From assembly GCA_013374835.1 (NCBI GenBank), contig CP055307.1, positions 146,622 to 210,621 of the forward strand: a stretch of 64,000 bases of DNA. The letters run 5' to 3'. This document shows positions 55,039 to 64,000 of the stretch, one piece after another. The stretch's first letter is position 1, and every line of letters begins with the position of its first letter. The position numbers and the translations under genes were made by a program. Below the pieces are notes generated by a model. The model was not told the origin of the DNA. It made no database searches and was given only the letters and a program-made list of their open reading frames with translations. This DNA comes from Candidatus Woesebacteria bacterium (lineage in GTDB: Bacteria > Patescibacteriota > Microgenomatia > UBA8517).

Positions 55039-56235
55039 ATGAGCTCAATCTGCATTTATTTCCAAGTCCACCAGCCAAGAAGAATCAAAAGGTTTAGAAT
55101 TTTTGATATCGGTAAAGAGGAGGATTACTTTGAAGACGATTCTGACACAAACCTAAACAATAAAAAAATTATCGAAAAAGTAGCTTCAAAGTGCTATATC
55201 CCCACAAATTATTTGCTCCTTAATCTTTTAAATAAATATCCTGATTTCAAAGTATCCTTTTCCTTTTCTGGCCTTGTACTCGAGCAGCTAAAAGAGTATT
55301 CACCCAAAGCACTAAGTTCCTTTCAGGATTTAGTGGCCACAAAAAAAGTGGAGCTTTTAAGCGAAACATATTATCACTCTCTCTCTTTTTTGTTTTCAGA
55401 AGAGGAATTTAAAAGCCAAGTTGTTCTCCACAAAAATATTATTAAAAAATTTTTTGACGTAACACCCAAGGTTTTTAGAAATACAGAGCTAATTTACAAT
55501 AATGACCTTGCAAAACTCGTAGAAAAGATGGGTTATAAAGGTATCTTGGCGGAGGGTGCGGATAACATTTTAGGCTGGAAAAGCCCGAATTTTATATATA
55601 AGCCAAAGGATGCAGATATCGCGCTTCTTCTTAAAAACTATCGTCTCTCGGACGACATTGCGTTCAGGTTTTCCGAAAAATCTTGGAAAGAATATCCGCT
55701 TACAGCAGAAAAATTTGCGAGTTGGATAAATGCAGTTAATGGTAACGGAGAAGTAATAAATCTTTTTATGGATTACGAAACTTTCGGTGAACATCAATGG
55801 GAAGACACGGGCATTTTTAAATTTCTAGAGAAACTTCCCTCAGAAATTCTAAAACATCCGGACAATGACTTTGTAACGCCTAGCGAAGCGATCAAAAGAT
55901 ACAAACCCAAAGACGAGCTTGATATACAGGAGTTTATATCTTGGGCAGACGTAGAAAGAGATCTCTCCGCCTGGCTTTCAAACTCAATGCAAAAAGACGC
56001 TATCGACAAGCTCTATTCTTTAAGGGAAAAGGTAATGAATTCGAAAAACGAAAGTTTGATCAGAGATTGGAGACTGCTTACGGCTTCCGACCACTTCTAT
56101 TATATGTGCACCAAATGGTTTGCGGACGGAGATGTACATAAATATTTTAACCCCTACGATACTCCGTATGACGCGTTTCGCTATTTTATGAACGTTTTTA
56201 CCGATCTAAAGCTTCGTGTTAATAAAAAACAATGA
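55039..56235 (+). CDS. Glycoside hydrolase family 57 protein.
   Basis: N-terminal IYFQVHQPRRI (the HQP motif) and WADGD. Confidence 0.75.
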   Translation: MSSICIYFQVHQPRRIKRFRIFDIGKEEDYFEDDSDTNLNNKKIIEKVASKCYIPTNYLLLNLLNKYPDFKVSFSFSGLVLEQLKEYSPKALSSFQDLVATKKVELLSETYYHSLSFLFSEEEFKSQVVLHKNIIKKFFDVTPKVFRNTELIYNNDLAKLVEKMGYKGILAEGADNILGWKSPNFIYKPKDADIALLLKNYRLSDDIAFRFSEKSWKEYPLTAEKFASWINAVNGNGEVINLFMDYETFGEHQWEDTGIFKFLEKLPSEILKHPDNDFVTPSEAIKRYKPKDELDIQEFISWADVERDLSAWLSNSMQKDAIDKLYSLREKVMNSKNESLIRDWRLLTASDHFYYMCTKWFADGDVHKYFNPYDTPYDAFRYFMNVFTDLKLRVNKKQ

Positions 56236-58187
56236 GTAGATCACTAGTACTTGGAAACGGCAGCATCCTGGTAGGAATCGATAATTACGCCCGGATAAGG
56301 GATTTCTATTTCGATTATGTTGGACTTGAAAATCACATGGGAGAAAATTCGCTTAATAAGATCGGGGTTTTTGTGGACGAAAAAATAAGCTGGCTTGATT
56401 CCGGAGAATGGGAAATAATTATTGACTACAAGCCGGAAACACTGGCAGGAAGCATTACAGCAATCAACGAATCATTGGAAATAGAGCTTTATTTTCTCGA
56501 TGTTGTTTATAACGAAAAAAATATTTTTCTGCGCGAAATAACTGTTAAAAATCTTGCCAAAAGGGCAAGAAACATTAAAGTTTTTTTAAACCATCAATTC
56601 AGGATGTACGGAATCGAAAAAAAAGACACGGTTTATTTTGATCCCGAAGACGAGGTAATTATCCACTATAAAGGCAGAAGAGTTTCTTTAATTGGTGGAG
56701 TAATGGATGATAAAAATGGTTTTTCCGATTATAGTGTAGGTCTTTCTGGTATAGAGGGCAGGGAAGGAACATGGATGGACGCGGAAGATGGGTCTTTACA
56801 AAAAAACGGAATAGAGCACGGCTCTGTAGATTCAACAATAGCCTTTGAAAAAAACGCGGATTCAAACGCAAGCTTTTCGTTTATAGTCTGGGTAGCTTTT
56901 GCAAAAACCCTCGATAGTGTCAAAAAAATCAATCTATACATTCTTAAAAAAACTCCCGAACACCTTCTTGAATCAACCCAAGACTTCTGGCATGCATGGC
57001 TGAACAAAACAAATTTTGACTTTTGTGACCTTGATAAAGAAATAGTCGATCTTTTTAAAAAATCTCTCCTTATTATGCGCACACACGTTGACAATACAGG
57101 TGCAATAATTGCATCAGGAGACTCAGAACTTCTTCGATACGGTCGGGATAATTATTCATATGTCTGGACTAGAGATGCGGCACAAGTGGCTTTAGCCTTC
57201 GACATGGCTGGTTATCAGGAAGTATCAAGAAAATTTTTTGAATTCGCAAACGAGGTAATAAGCGAGGAGGGTTACTTCTTCCATCGCTATCGCTGCGACA
57301 AATCATTAGGCAGCTCATGGCATCCATGGATTTCGGACGGTCGCCGCCAACTTCCTATCCAAGAAGACGAAACAGCTCTTGTAATCTACGCACTCTGGAA
57401 GCACTATGAGAATACAAAAAATCTTGAATTTATAGAAAGCATTTACAATTCACTTATCAAAAAAGCATCAAATTTTATGCTCGGCTTTAGGAATGAACTT
57501 AAATTACCCTTTCCAAGCTACGATCTCTGGGAAATGAAATACGGAATAAACACCTTCACATCAGCCTCGGTTTATGCTGCCTTAACAGCAGCCTCAGAAT
57601 TTGCAAAACTTCTTGGTAAAGAAAACGATGAAAAGTTATTCCGTCAAGGTGCCGATGAGCTAAAAGGGGCGATTGCTAAATATCTTTATAACGATAATAC
57701 CAGCTACTTTTATAAACTTATAGACATTGTAGAGGGAAATATAATCCACGATGAAACCATTGATTCAAGTAGCCTTCACGGAATATCTTTTTTTGAAGTC
57801 CTTCCAATAAATGACAGCAAATTAGAAGAAGCATACAAGGTTTTTAATTCACACCTAAGTTGTAACAGCGGGGTGGGTGGCATTGCCAGGTTTGAAAACG
57901 ATGAATATTTTAAAGATCCAAACACCCCCTGTCCGGGCAATCCTTGGTTTATAACTACGCTTTGGAAAGCACAATACGAAATCAAAAAAGCACAAAGCAA
58001 TAAAAATCTCAAAGAAGCTAAAGAAATTCTAAAATGGGTTACAAATAAAGCGCTTTTTTCAGGTATTCTTTCCGAACAAATTCATTGGGCAAACGGCAAC
58101 CAGCTTTCAGCTTCTCCTTTAGTTTGGAGCCATGCGGAATTTGTAATAACTATATTAATGTATATAAATAAATATGACAAAACTTAA
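56232..58187 (+). CDS. GH15-family glucoamylase/glucodextranase-like protein (COG3387).
   Basis: YSYVWTRDAAQVALAF and the catalytic (alpha/alpha)6 region. Confidence 0.75.
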   Translation: MSRSLVLGNGSILVGIDNYARIRDFYFDYVGLENHMGENSLNKIGVFVDEKISWLDSGEWEIIIDYKPETLAGSITAINESLEIELYFLDVVYNEKNIFLREITVKNLAKRARNIKVFLNHQFRMYGIEKKDTVYFDPEDEVIIHYKGRRVSLIGGVMDDKNGFSDYSVGLSGIEGREGTWMDAEDGSLQKNGIEHGSVDSTIAFEKNADSNASFSFIVWVAFAKTLDSVKKINLYILKKTPEHLLESTQDFWHAWLNKTNFDFCDLDKEIVDLFKKSLLIMRTHVDNTGAIIASGDSELLRYGRDNYSYVWTRDAAQVALAFDMAGYQEVSRKFFEFANEVISEEGYFFHRYRCDKSLGSSWHPWISDGRRQLPIQEDETALVIYALWKHYENTKNLEFIESIYNSLIKKASNFMLGFRNELKLPFPSYDLWEMKYGINTFTSASVYAALTAASEFAKLLGKENDEKLFRQGADELKGAIAKYLYNDNTSYFYKLIDIVEGNIIHDETIDSSSLHGISFFEVLPINDSKLEEAYKVFNSHLSCNSGVGGIARFENDEYFKDPNTPCPGNPWFITTLWKAQYEIKKAQSNKNLKEAKEILKWVTNKALFSGILSEQIHWANGNQLSASPLVWSHAEFVITILMYINKYDKT

Positions 58188-59013
58188 TTTGCCGTATCTT
58201 CTGATTGATATAGGAGGATCTTATACAAGACTTACGGTGAGCAAAAACAGCATAAGTTTTGTTGAGCCGGAAGTTTTTAAAACGCCCAAAAATTTCAGCA
58301 AAGCCGTTAAAAAAATAAAATTGCATGCCGATAAATGTTTGGGAAATGAAAAACCGGGCATTGTTGTCGTGGGAGTAGCAGGTCCGTTAAACTCGGATAA
58401 AAGCGCTCTTACAAACCCCCCAAATCTTAAGGCCTGGAGCGGTAAACCCCTTCAAAACAAACTTTCAAATATATTTGGTACACAGGTATTTCTAGAAAAC
58501 GATGCAGCAATAGTTGGCCTTGGCGAAGCGTCAAAGGGAGCAGGAGTAAATTACTCAATAGTTTCATATATTACCGTAAGTACAGGAATAAATGGAGCAC
58601 GAATAATTGATAAGAAAATAGACAGAAACGCTCAAGGGTTTGAAATAGGCCACCACATAATAGACGTTGATAAATCTATTCTTAAAAAATCCAAAGGAGA
58701 ACTTGAAGACTTTATCTCAGGCCGGGAAATTAAAAAAAGATTTGATAAAGACCCTTTTGAGATCGAAGATAATACCGTTTGGTCCGAGGTGGCAAAATTT
58801 TTAGCTGTTGGTATCCATAACACGATTCTTTTTTGGTCTCCCGAAGTTGTAGTTCTCGGCGGAAGCTTAATGAAAAAAATTAGCTTAAGTGAAACAAAAA
58901 AGGAATTAGAAAAAGTTATGAAAATACACCCTAAGCTACCCGAAATTAAAAAAGCCCAGCTAGGAAATTTCGGAGGACTCTGGGGTGCGCTTGAATACGC
59001 CAAATCCCTATGA
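58174..59013 (+). CDS. ROK-family sugar kinase (glucokinase-like).
   Basis: N-terminal LLIDIGGSYTRL (ATP-binding DxGGT), then VGVAGPL and NDAAIVGLGE. Confidence 0.75.
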   Translation: MTKLNLPYLLIDIGGSYTRLTVSKNSISFVEPEVFKTPKNFSKAVKKIKLHADKCLGNEKPGIVVVGVAGPLNSDKSALTNPPNLKAWSGKPLQNKLSNIFGTQVFLENDAAIVGLGEASKGAGVNYSIVSYITVSTGINGARIIDKKIDRNAQGFEIGHHIIDVDKSILKKSKGELEDFISGREIKKRFDKDPFEIEDNTVWSEVAKFLAVGIHNTILFWSPEVVVLGGSLMKKISLSETKKELEKVMKIHPKLPEIKKAQLGNFGGLWGALEYAKSL

Positions 59014-59648
59014 TTTTTAAAAACAGGTTAAAGTTTATAAAAATTATCTATTTCATTTTTCTTTTGATACCGGCATTTTTAGTACTTTCTCCCGAGAAAA
59101 AGACGTCTCTATCCTATCAAATGGGGCAATTATCAGGAGCCCTTGCAATTACAATGATTTCAGTCCAGTTTGTACTTTCATCAAGGTTTAGATTTTTAGA
59201 AAAATCCATAGGCTACGATAAATTAATTAGACTCCATTCCCAAAATGCGAGGTTTATACTTCTTTTTGTACTGCTGCATCCGCTTTTCCTTTTTTCGGCA
59301 ATAACCCCTTTCACGCTTGATTATTGGCAAGGCAAGCTTGCCCTAACACTTATTTTAATAGTAGCCATTACAAGCATTTATTCCGATAAGCTTAACTACG
59401 AAAAGTGGAAAGTTATTCATAAATTAACCTATCTTATAGTTTTTTTAGGTTTCTTACATAGCTTTACCGAAGGATCCGATATCGTTTCTCAAAGCCCGTT
59501 TTACTATTGGTGGCTTTTTCTTATGTTCTTAGTCGTAGTCTCCGTCACACACAGATTTAAAAAGCTTTATTTTAATAAAAATATTTATGAAGTAGTTGAT
59601 ATTAGAAAAGAAACAAACTCGGGCGGACTATCAGTCTTAGACCCCTAA
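59010..59648 (+). pseudogene. Ferric-reductase-like bis-heme transmembrane domain (NOX/FRE family). This is the N-terminal part of a frameshifted gene.
   Basis: His pairs are spaced 14 residues (LHSQNARFILLFVLLH) and 13 residues (IHKLTYLIVFLGFLH) apart, as in gp91phox. The ORF ends where the FAD-binding domain should begin. Confidence 0.7.
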
Positions 59649-60250
59649 ATGGCAAATTATTCAATTACAAGCCTGCCCAATTCGCTTTCGTTACTTTTTA
59701 CTCCTATGCTTTGCCGAAAGAAGAGCATCATTTTACAATAACATCCATGCCTAGGGAGGAGACTCTTTCCTTTACCATCAAAGAATCGGGAGATTTTACT
59801 TCAAAGCTCGGACTTCTTAAAAAGGGAGATAAAGCAAAGGTCGACGGTCCCTACGGAGCATTAAGCGAAAGCCTTGGAGAAGATAGCGCGCTTTTTATAG
59901 CGGCAGGGATTGGGATAACTCCAATCAAAAACCTCCTTTCTAAAGGCTCAAAGCTTATCTACGCCGTCAAAAATGAAAAAGAAATAGTCTTTAAGGATTT
60001 TTTGGAAAAAAAAGCTAAAAAAAATGAAATCGATCTTGTTTACGTTTTTTCTCGTAAACTATCCCCAAACAACGAATTCAAAGCCTACAAAGGTCATATA
60101 GATAAAAAAATTCTTGAAAAAGAAATCAACGGTTTTAAAAAGGTGGTTTTGGTAGCTCCTCCTGCGTTAGTTAAAGCTTTAAAAAAAGATTTAATATCTC
60201 TCGGGGTCAAAAAAACAAATATCTTCATAGAAATATTCTCCCTAAAGTAA
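59606..60250 (+). pseudogene. FAD/NAD-binding dehydrogenase domain of the same NOX/FRE-like gene, in a different frame.
   Basis: In frame +2, open from 59606: ...ISLRPLNGKLFNYKPAQFAFVTFYSYALPKEEHHFTITS (the HPFT-type FAD motif), then ALFIAAGIGITP (NAD binding). There is no in-frame ATG before the motif. Confidence 0.7.
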
Positions 60251-60302
60251 GTGCTTGTTGACTTATTCGTATTTTTCTTTGTATAGTGGGAAGCGTCAAC
60301 CT

Positions 60303-60623
60303 ATGGCATTAATAGACATAACGGATCAAGATTTTCAGGAAAAAGTATTAAATTCAGATACTCCAGTATTGATAGATTTCTGGGCTCCATGGTGCGGACC
60401 GTGCAAAATGGCAGCTCCCGCCCTCGAAGAACTTTCCGAGACCTATAAAGATAAAGTCAAATTCTTGAAAATAAATGTTGACGAAAACCAAACAAATGCG
60501 TCAAGCCTTGGCGTCATGTCTATTCCCACAACCATTTTGTTCAATCAAGGAAAAGAGATAGGAAGACAAATTGGCTTTGCAGGCAAGCAAGCATTCGAGG
60601 ATTTACTAAAGAAAATAAATTAA
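60303..60623 (+). CDS. trxA: Thioredoxin.
   Basis: WAPWCGPCK active site. Confidence 0.92.
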   Translation: MALIDITDQDFQEKVLNSDTPVLIDFWAPWCGPCKMAAPALEELSETYKDKVKFLKINVDENQTNASSLGVMSIPTTILFNQGKEIGRQIGFAGKQAFEDLLKKIN

Positions 60624-60657
60624 ATCTGTTAATATAAAATCAAAGGGGGTGATAAAA

Positions 60658-60966
60658 ATGGTATACGACGATACTCAAAATCCAACCTCTCCAGCATCGA
60701 ACATAGGTAGTGGAGTGCCTCAGTCGACAGAACCGGCTGCACAAACCCCACAATACCCATCTCAAGCAAGTCAGACTCAAGTAATGGCAGATGAGCCAAC
60801 GGCGCCGGAAGTGCCTGTTACTGGCTCCGCAACCACACCCGAGCCAACACAGCCAGTTGAGCCGCAGCCAACTGCGAACATGGGTGGTTCAATGCAGGAA
60901 CCCACAATGCCTTCTCAAAGTAGCGATGAAGACACAAACACGGGAGGTACGGGTTCGCAAGCATAA
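60658..60966 (+). CDS. Intrinsically disordered P/T/Q/S-rich acidic small protein.
   Basis: Strong SD (AAGGGGGTGATAAAAATG). The sequence is MVYDDTQNPTSPASNIGSGVPQSTEPAAQTPQYP... Confidence 0.45.
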   Translation: MVYDDTQNPTSPASNIGSGVPQSTEPAAQTPQYPSQASQTQVMADEPTAPEVPVTGSATTPEPTQPVEPQPTANMGGSMQEPTMPSQSSDEDTNTGGTGSQA

Positions 60967-61026
60967 ATGGCAATTTTTGTTTATTAAACGAAGCGGGCAA
61001 GTTTGCTCGCTTCGTAAACTACAATT

Positions 61027-62001
61027 ATGAATGATTTTTTTGCACCAAAACCTAAAGAAAATGAGCCCTGGGACACTGCTATTATAGGTTCAGGCCCTGC
61101 TGGATTAACAGCCGCAATCTATTTAACGCGCGGCGCAGCCTCAACCATTCTTTTTGCCGGAGATCAATGGGGAGGCCAATTAATGCTTACAACTCAAGTT
61201 GACAATTATCCGGGCTTTCCTGAAGGAATTCTGGGGCCGGATCTCATGAGTAAAATACGCTCTCAAGCCGCTCGTTTTGGTACCGAAATAATCGAACAAA
61301 ACGTTACTTCTTTAGAAAAAAAAGACAAAATTTTTATTATCAAAGCCGGCGAAAAGAATTTTTTTTCCAAATCAGTCATAATTACAACAGGCGCTAAAAC
61401 ACGCTGGCTCGAGGTACCGGGCGAAGAGAAACTAAGAGGAAGAGGTGTGAGCTCTTGCGCTCCCTGTGATGCACCTTTTTTTAAAGACAAAAAAGTAGCA
61501 GTAATCGGGGGAGGAGATTCAGCAATGGAGGAAGCCTTGGTTCTTACAAAATACGCATCTGAAGTGACCATAATCCACAGAAGAGAAGAATTCAAAGCTT
61601 CCCAGGCAATGCAAAAAAAAGTAATGAGTAACGAGAAAATCAAAATAGTTTGGAATAGCGAAGTAGTGGAATTTATAGGCGAAACGAATCTGGAAAAAAT
61701 TAAAATAAAAAACACATTAACACAAAAAGAAAAAGAAATTGATTTTGAAGGAGCTTTTGTGGCAATAGGCCATGATCCCGCAAGCGAAATATTCAAGGGA
61801 CTACTTGAGCTCGATGAAAAAGGCTATATCAAAAAATTTGAAAAAAATGGCTTCAAAACCGCAACAAGTCAAAAGGGTATCTTTGTTGCAGGAGACGTGC
61901 ACGACTCTCATTATCGTCAGGCAATAACAGCAGCAGGCTTTGGCTGTATGGCAGCAATGGATGCGCTAAATTATTTAGATAAAGATACTCCGTCTTGGTA
62001 A
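61027..62001 (+). CDS. trxB: Thioredoxin-disulfide reductase.
   Basis: FAD site AIIGSGPAGLTAAIY, the redox-active GVSSCAPCDAPFF, and NADPH site AVIGGGDSAMEEA. Confidence 0.9.
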   Translation: MNDFFAPKPKENEPWDTAIIGSGPAGLTAAIYLTRGAASTILFAGDQWGGQLMLTTQVDNYPGFPEGILGPDLMSKIRSQAARFGTEIIEQNVTSLEKKDKIFIIKAGEKNFFSKSVIITTGAKTRWLEVPGEEKLRGRGVSSCAPCDAPFFKDKKVAVIGGGDSAMEEALVLTKYASEVTIIHRREEFKASQAMQKKVMSNEKIKIVWNSEVVEFIGETNLEKIKIKNTLTQKEKEIDFEGAFVAIGHDPASEIFKGLLELDEKGYIKKFEKNGFKTATSQKGIFVAGDVHDSHYRQAITAAGFGCMAAMDALNYLDKDTPSW

Positions 62002-62007
62002 GAAAAA

Positions 62008-62538
62008 TTAGTTTAAATTTTCAAGAATTTTATAAGAAACTACCGCAGCACTTCCCCAGACGTTAAATGATTTATTAATCCCAAGCATAGGAAGCTCCAC
62101 TATCATATCAGCCATTTGAAGAATCTTACCTGAAATACCCCTTGATTCATGCCCGAGAACAAGGGCAACTGGAAAGTCTAGCTTTAAATTTTTGTAGCTA
62201 ACAGATTTTGGATCTTGCTCAATCGCAATTATTTGGTATTTATTATTTTTAAGCTCGGTTATTACTTCTATCGAACTATCCCGTTTTTCCCAAGGAACCC
62301 AGTTTTCAGTACCTACCGCTGCTTTATGAATTCTTGTAGATGGCGGGTACTCCATCTCGCCACAAAGATACATTTTTCTGGCGGCGATAGCATCCGCAAG
62401 CCTAAATAAACTTCCTATATTATATGTATCAAGTATTTCATCCAGCACAAAAACGATCGGATTTCTCTTGATCTTTTTTATATCTTTCTCGCTTGGCAAA
62501 GAAATTCTAAGCTCTGCTGCATTCTTTTTTTTCATCAC
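62008..62538 (-). CDS. TrmH/SpoU-family RNA 2'-O-methyltransferase.
   Basis: LVLGHESRGIS and ELPMLGINKSFNVWGSAAVVSY (SPOUT knot motifs). Confidence 0.8.
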   Translation of the reverse strand: MMKKKNAAELRISLPSEKDIKKIKRNPIVFVLDEILDTYNIGSLFRLADAIAARKMYLCGEMEYPPSTRIHKAAVGTENWVPWEKRDSSIEVITELKNNKYQIIAIEQDPKSVSYKNLKLDFPVALVLGHESRGISGKILQMADMIVELPMLGINKSFNVWGSAAVVSYKILENLN

Positions 62539-62588
62539 GCTATTATATCAGACTTCAATAATTTTGCGCTCGTGTATAATAATACTTT

Positions 62589-63533
62589 GTGATGCTGGAA
62601 AAGATAATAGAAGTAAAAAAACTTGTCAAAAAATATAAAAAAGCAAACAAACCGGCTGTAGATAGTATAACCTTTGACGTCAAAAAGGGAGAATTTTTTG
62701 CGCTCCTGGGTCCAAACGGGGCAGGAAAAACAACGATAATCTCGATTCTTACAACGATTCTTAATAAATCTGGCGGAGAAGTAAAAATAGTTGGTTTTGA
62801 TATCGATAAAGAGGCCGATAAAATTAGAAAAAATATAGGAATAATTTTCCAAAACCCTAGTCTTGATTTAAATCTTACAGCAGAAGAAAATATTCGTTTT
62901 CATGCCCTTATATACGGTCTTTACCCATTCCGCCCTTCTTTTTCTCTGATGCCCGAAGAATATCGCCGAGAAGTTTTCAAACTCGCAGAAATAATAGGTA
63001 TTAAAAAAGATATTGTAAAACCGGTCAAAACATTTTCGGGCGGCATGAAAAGAAAACTGGAAATTGTAAGAAGCCTGATTCACAAACCCAAAATACTCTT
63101 TCTTGACGAACCAACCTCCGGTCTCGATCCGGTAAGCAGAAGAAATCTTTGGAAATACCTTCAGGATATTAGAAAAAGATATAAAACAACTATTTTTCTC
63201 ACAACGCACTATCTGGAGGAAGCGGAGGATGCGGATAGGATTTTAATTATTGATCGCGGAAAAATTGTAACTCTTGGAACTCCGGCCAAAATAAAAAAAG
63301 AATTGATAGATAGTTCAATCATACTAAATGCGAAAGACAAAGCTGCTTTAAAATCCGAGCTAGATGCTATGAAATTAGATTATGAAGGACACGGACCTTT
63401 CAAAATCAAATTGAATGGGAAAAATCCCCAAAAAATAATCAAATCCATAAGGTCAGATCTTACTTATCTTGATATTAATAACCCAAAGCTTGAAGACGCA
63501 TATCTTAAATTAATAGCAAAAGGAATCAAATGA
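62589..63533 (+). CDS. ABC transporter ATP-binding protein (ABC-2 / DrrA-like exporter).
   Basis: Walker A GPNGAGKTT, signature LSGGMKRKLEI, Walker B LFLDEPTSGLD. Confidence 0.9.
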   Translation: MMLEKIIEVKKLVKKYKKANKPAVDSITFDVKKGEFFALLGPNGAGKTTIISILTTILNKSGGEVKIVGFDIDKEADKIRKNIGIIFQNPSLDLNLTAEENIRFHALIYGLYPFRPSFSLMPEEYRREVFKLAEIIGIKKDIVKPVKTFSGGMKRKLEIVRSLIHKPKILFLDEPTSGLDPVSRRNLWKYLQDIRKRYKTTIFLTTHYLEEAEDADRILIIDRGKIVTLGTPAKIKKELIDSSIILNAKDKAALKSELDAMKLDYEGHGPFKIKLNGKNPQKIIKSIRSDLTYLDINNPKLEDAYLKLIAKGIK

Positions 63534-64000
63534 TTAATCAAATTACAGCTATTCTTACAATCGCACAAAGAGATTTTACAAAGCTTTTGAGGGACCGTGC
63601 CCGTATTTTGGCAACATTTATATTTCCATTTCTTTTTATAGGAATTCTTGGCACAAGCCTTGAGTCAAACCTCCCACCGAATATCGGTTATAGCTTTAAA
63701 GTGTTCGTATTTACGGGTGTTCTTGCCCAAACTCTTTTCCAATCAACCGCTTCAGGAATAATTTCTTTAATAGAGGATAGGGAAAACGACTTTTCTCAGG
63801 AGATCTTTGTTTCTCCAATATCAAGATATTCAATAATTATTGGAAAAATATTGGGCGAAACAGCAGTTTCAATGGCGCAGGGTTTAGGTATAATTGCCTT
63901 TGGCTTACTAATAGGTATACCGCTTTCTTTGGAAAAGCTTACTTTCATGTTCCCAGCGGGGTTAATGGCATGTCTTTTTGGCGGTGCATTCGGGATTTTA
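63530..64000 (+). CDS. ABC-2-type transporter permease. It is 3'-truncated by the window edge.
   Basis: MINQITAILTIAQRDFTKLLRDRARIL... is hydrophobic and overlaps the ATPase stop by 4 nt. The frame is still open at nt 64000. Confidence 0.7.
   Translation, partial: MINQITAILTIAQRDFTKLLRDRARILATFIFPFLFIGILGTSLESNLPPNIGYSFKVFVFTGVLAQTLFQSTASGIISLIEDRENDFSQEIFVSPISRYSIIIGKILGETAVSMAQGLGIIAFGLLIGIPLSLEKLTFMFPAGLMACLFGGAFGIL

Noticed and set aside
1-64000. Looked for CRISPR arrays, long tandem repeats and rRNA genes.
   Set aside because: No regularly spaced direct repeats of 25-40 bp and no rRNA-like conserved stretches were seen. Only short palindromes and the IS inverted repeats are present.

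Overview
This 64 kb window is AT-rich (~35-38% GC), gene-dense and mostly on the + strand, and looks like a small-genome bacterium of the Candidate Phyla Radiation / Patescibacteria type. I infer this from gene content only; no searches were run. Most of the window is core housekeeping. The main blocks are:
- a groES-groEL operon with a CIRCE operator between two sigma70-like promoters;
- a lower-glycolysis / non-oxidative pentose-phosphate block: archaeal-type tpi, rpiB, pgk, gap, rpe, a LOG-family protein, a split transketolase, class I FBP aldolase, a PfkB kinase and a 2-hydroxyacid dehydrogenase;
- a cell-wall block: two tandem class A PBPs plus a class A beta-lactamase-like membrane protein;
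- an nrdR / class II B12-dependent ribonucleotide reductase / PduO-type cobalamin adenosyltransferase operon with CAC/GTG palindromes upstream that are candidate NrdR boxes;
- three tRNAs (Ile-UAU, and two with CAU anticodons);
- trpS, ftsH, a stand-alone 5'-3' exonuclease, fpg, recF, Nnr, Fic, an ATP-dependent DNA ligase, a Ca2+ P-type ATPase + CaCA exchanger pair, pth, an MGMT-domain protein and acyP;
- an alpha-glucan cluster (glycogen-synthase-like GT, GH57, GH15, ROK kinase);
- trxA/trxB, a TrmH methyltransferase and an ABC-2 exporter.

The non-core material is more interesting:
- an intact IS481-family insertion sequence with imperfect 27-28 bp terminal inverted repeats and elevated GC;
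- a NOX/FRE-like bis-heme ferric-reductase gene (TM domain plus FAD/NAD domain) interrupted by a frameshift, sitting directly upstream of the thioredoxin system;
- a HepT-like HEPN protein translationally coupled to a CPBP/Abi intramembrane protease;
- a membrane-anchored HerA/VirB4/VirD4-like P-loop ATPase preceded by a GC-rich anomalous small ORF and followed by tRNA-Ile(UAU) and a tyrosine recombinase;
- several secreted, Cys-rich or disordered small proteins with very strong Shine-Dalgarno sites.

No CRISPR array and no rRNA were seen.
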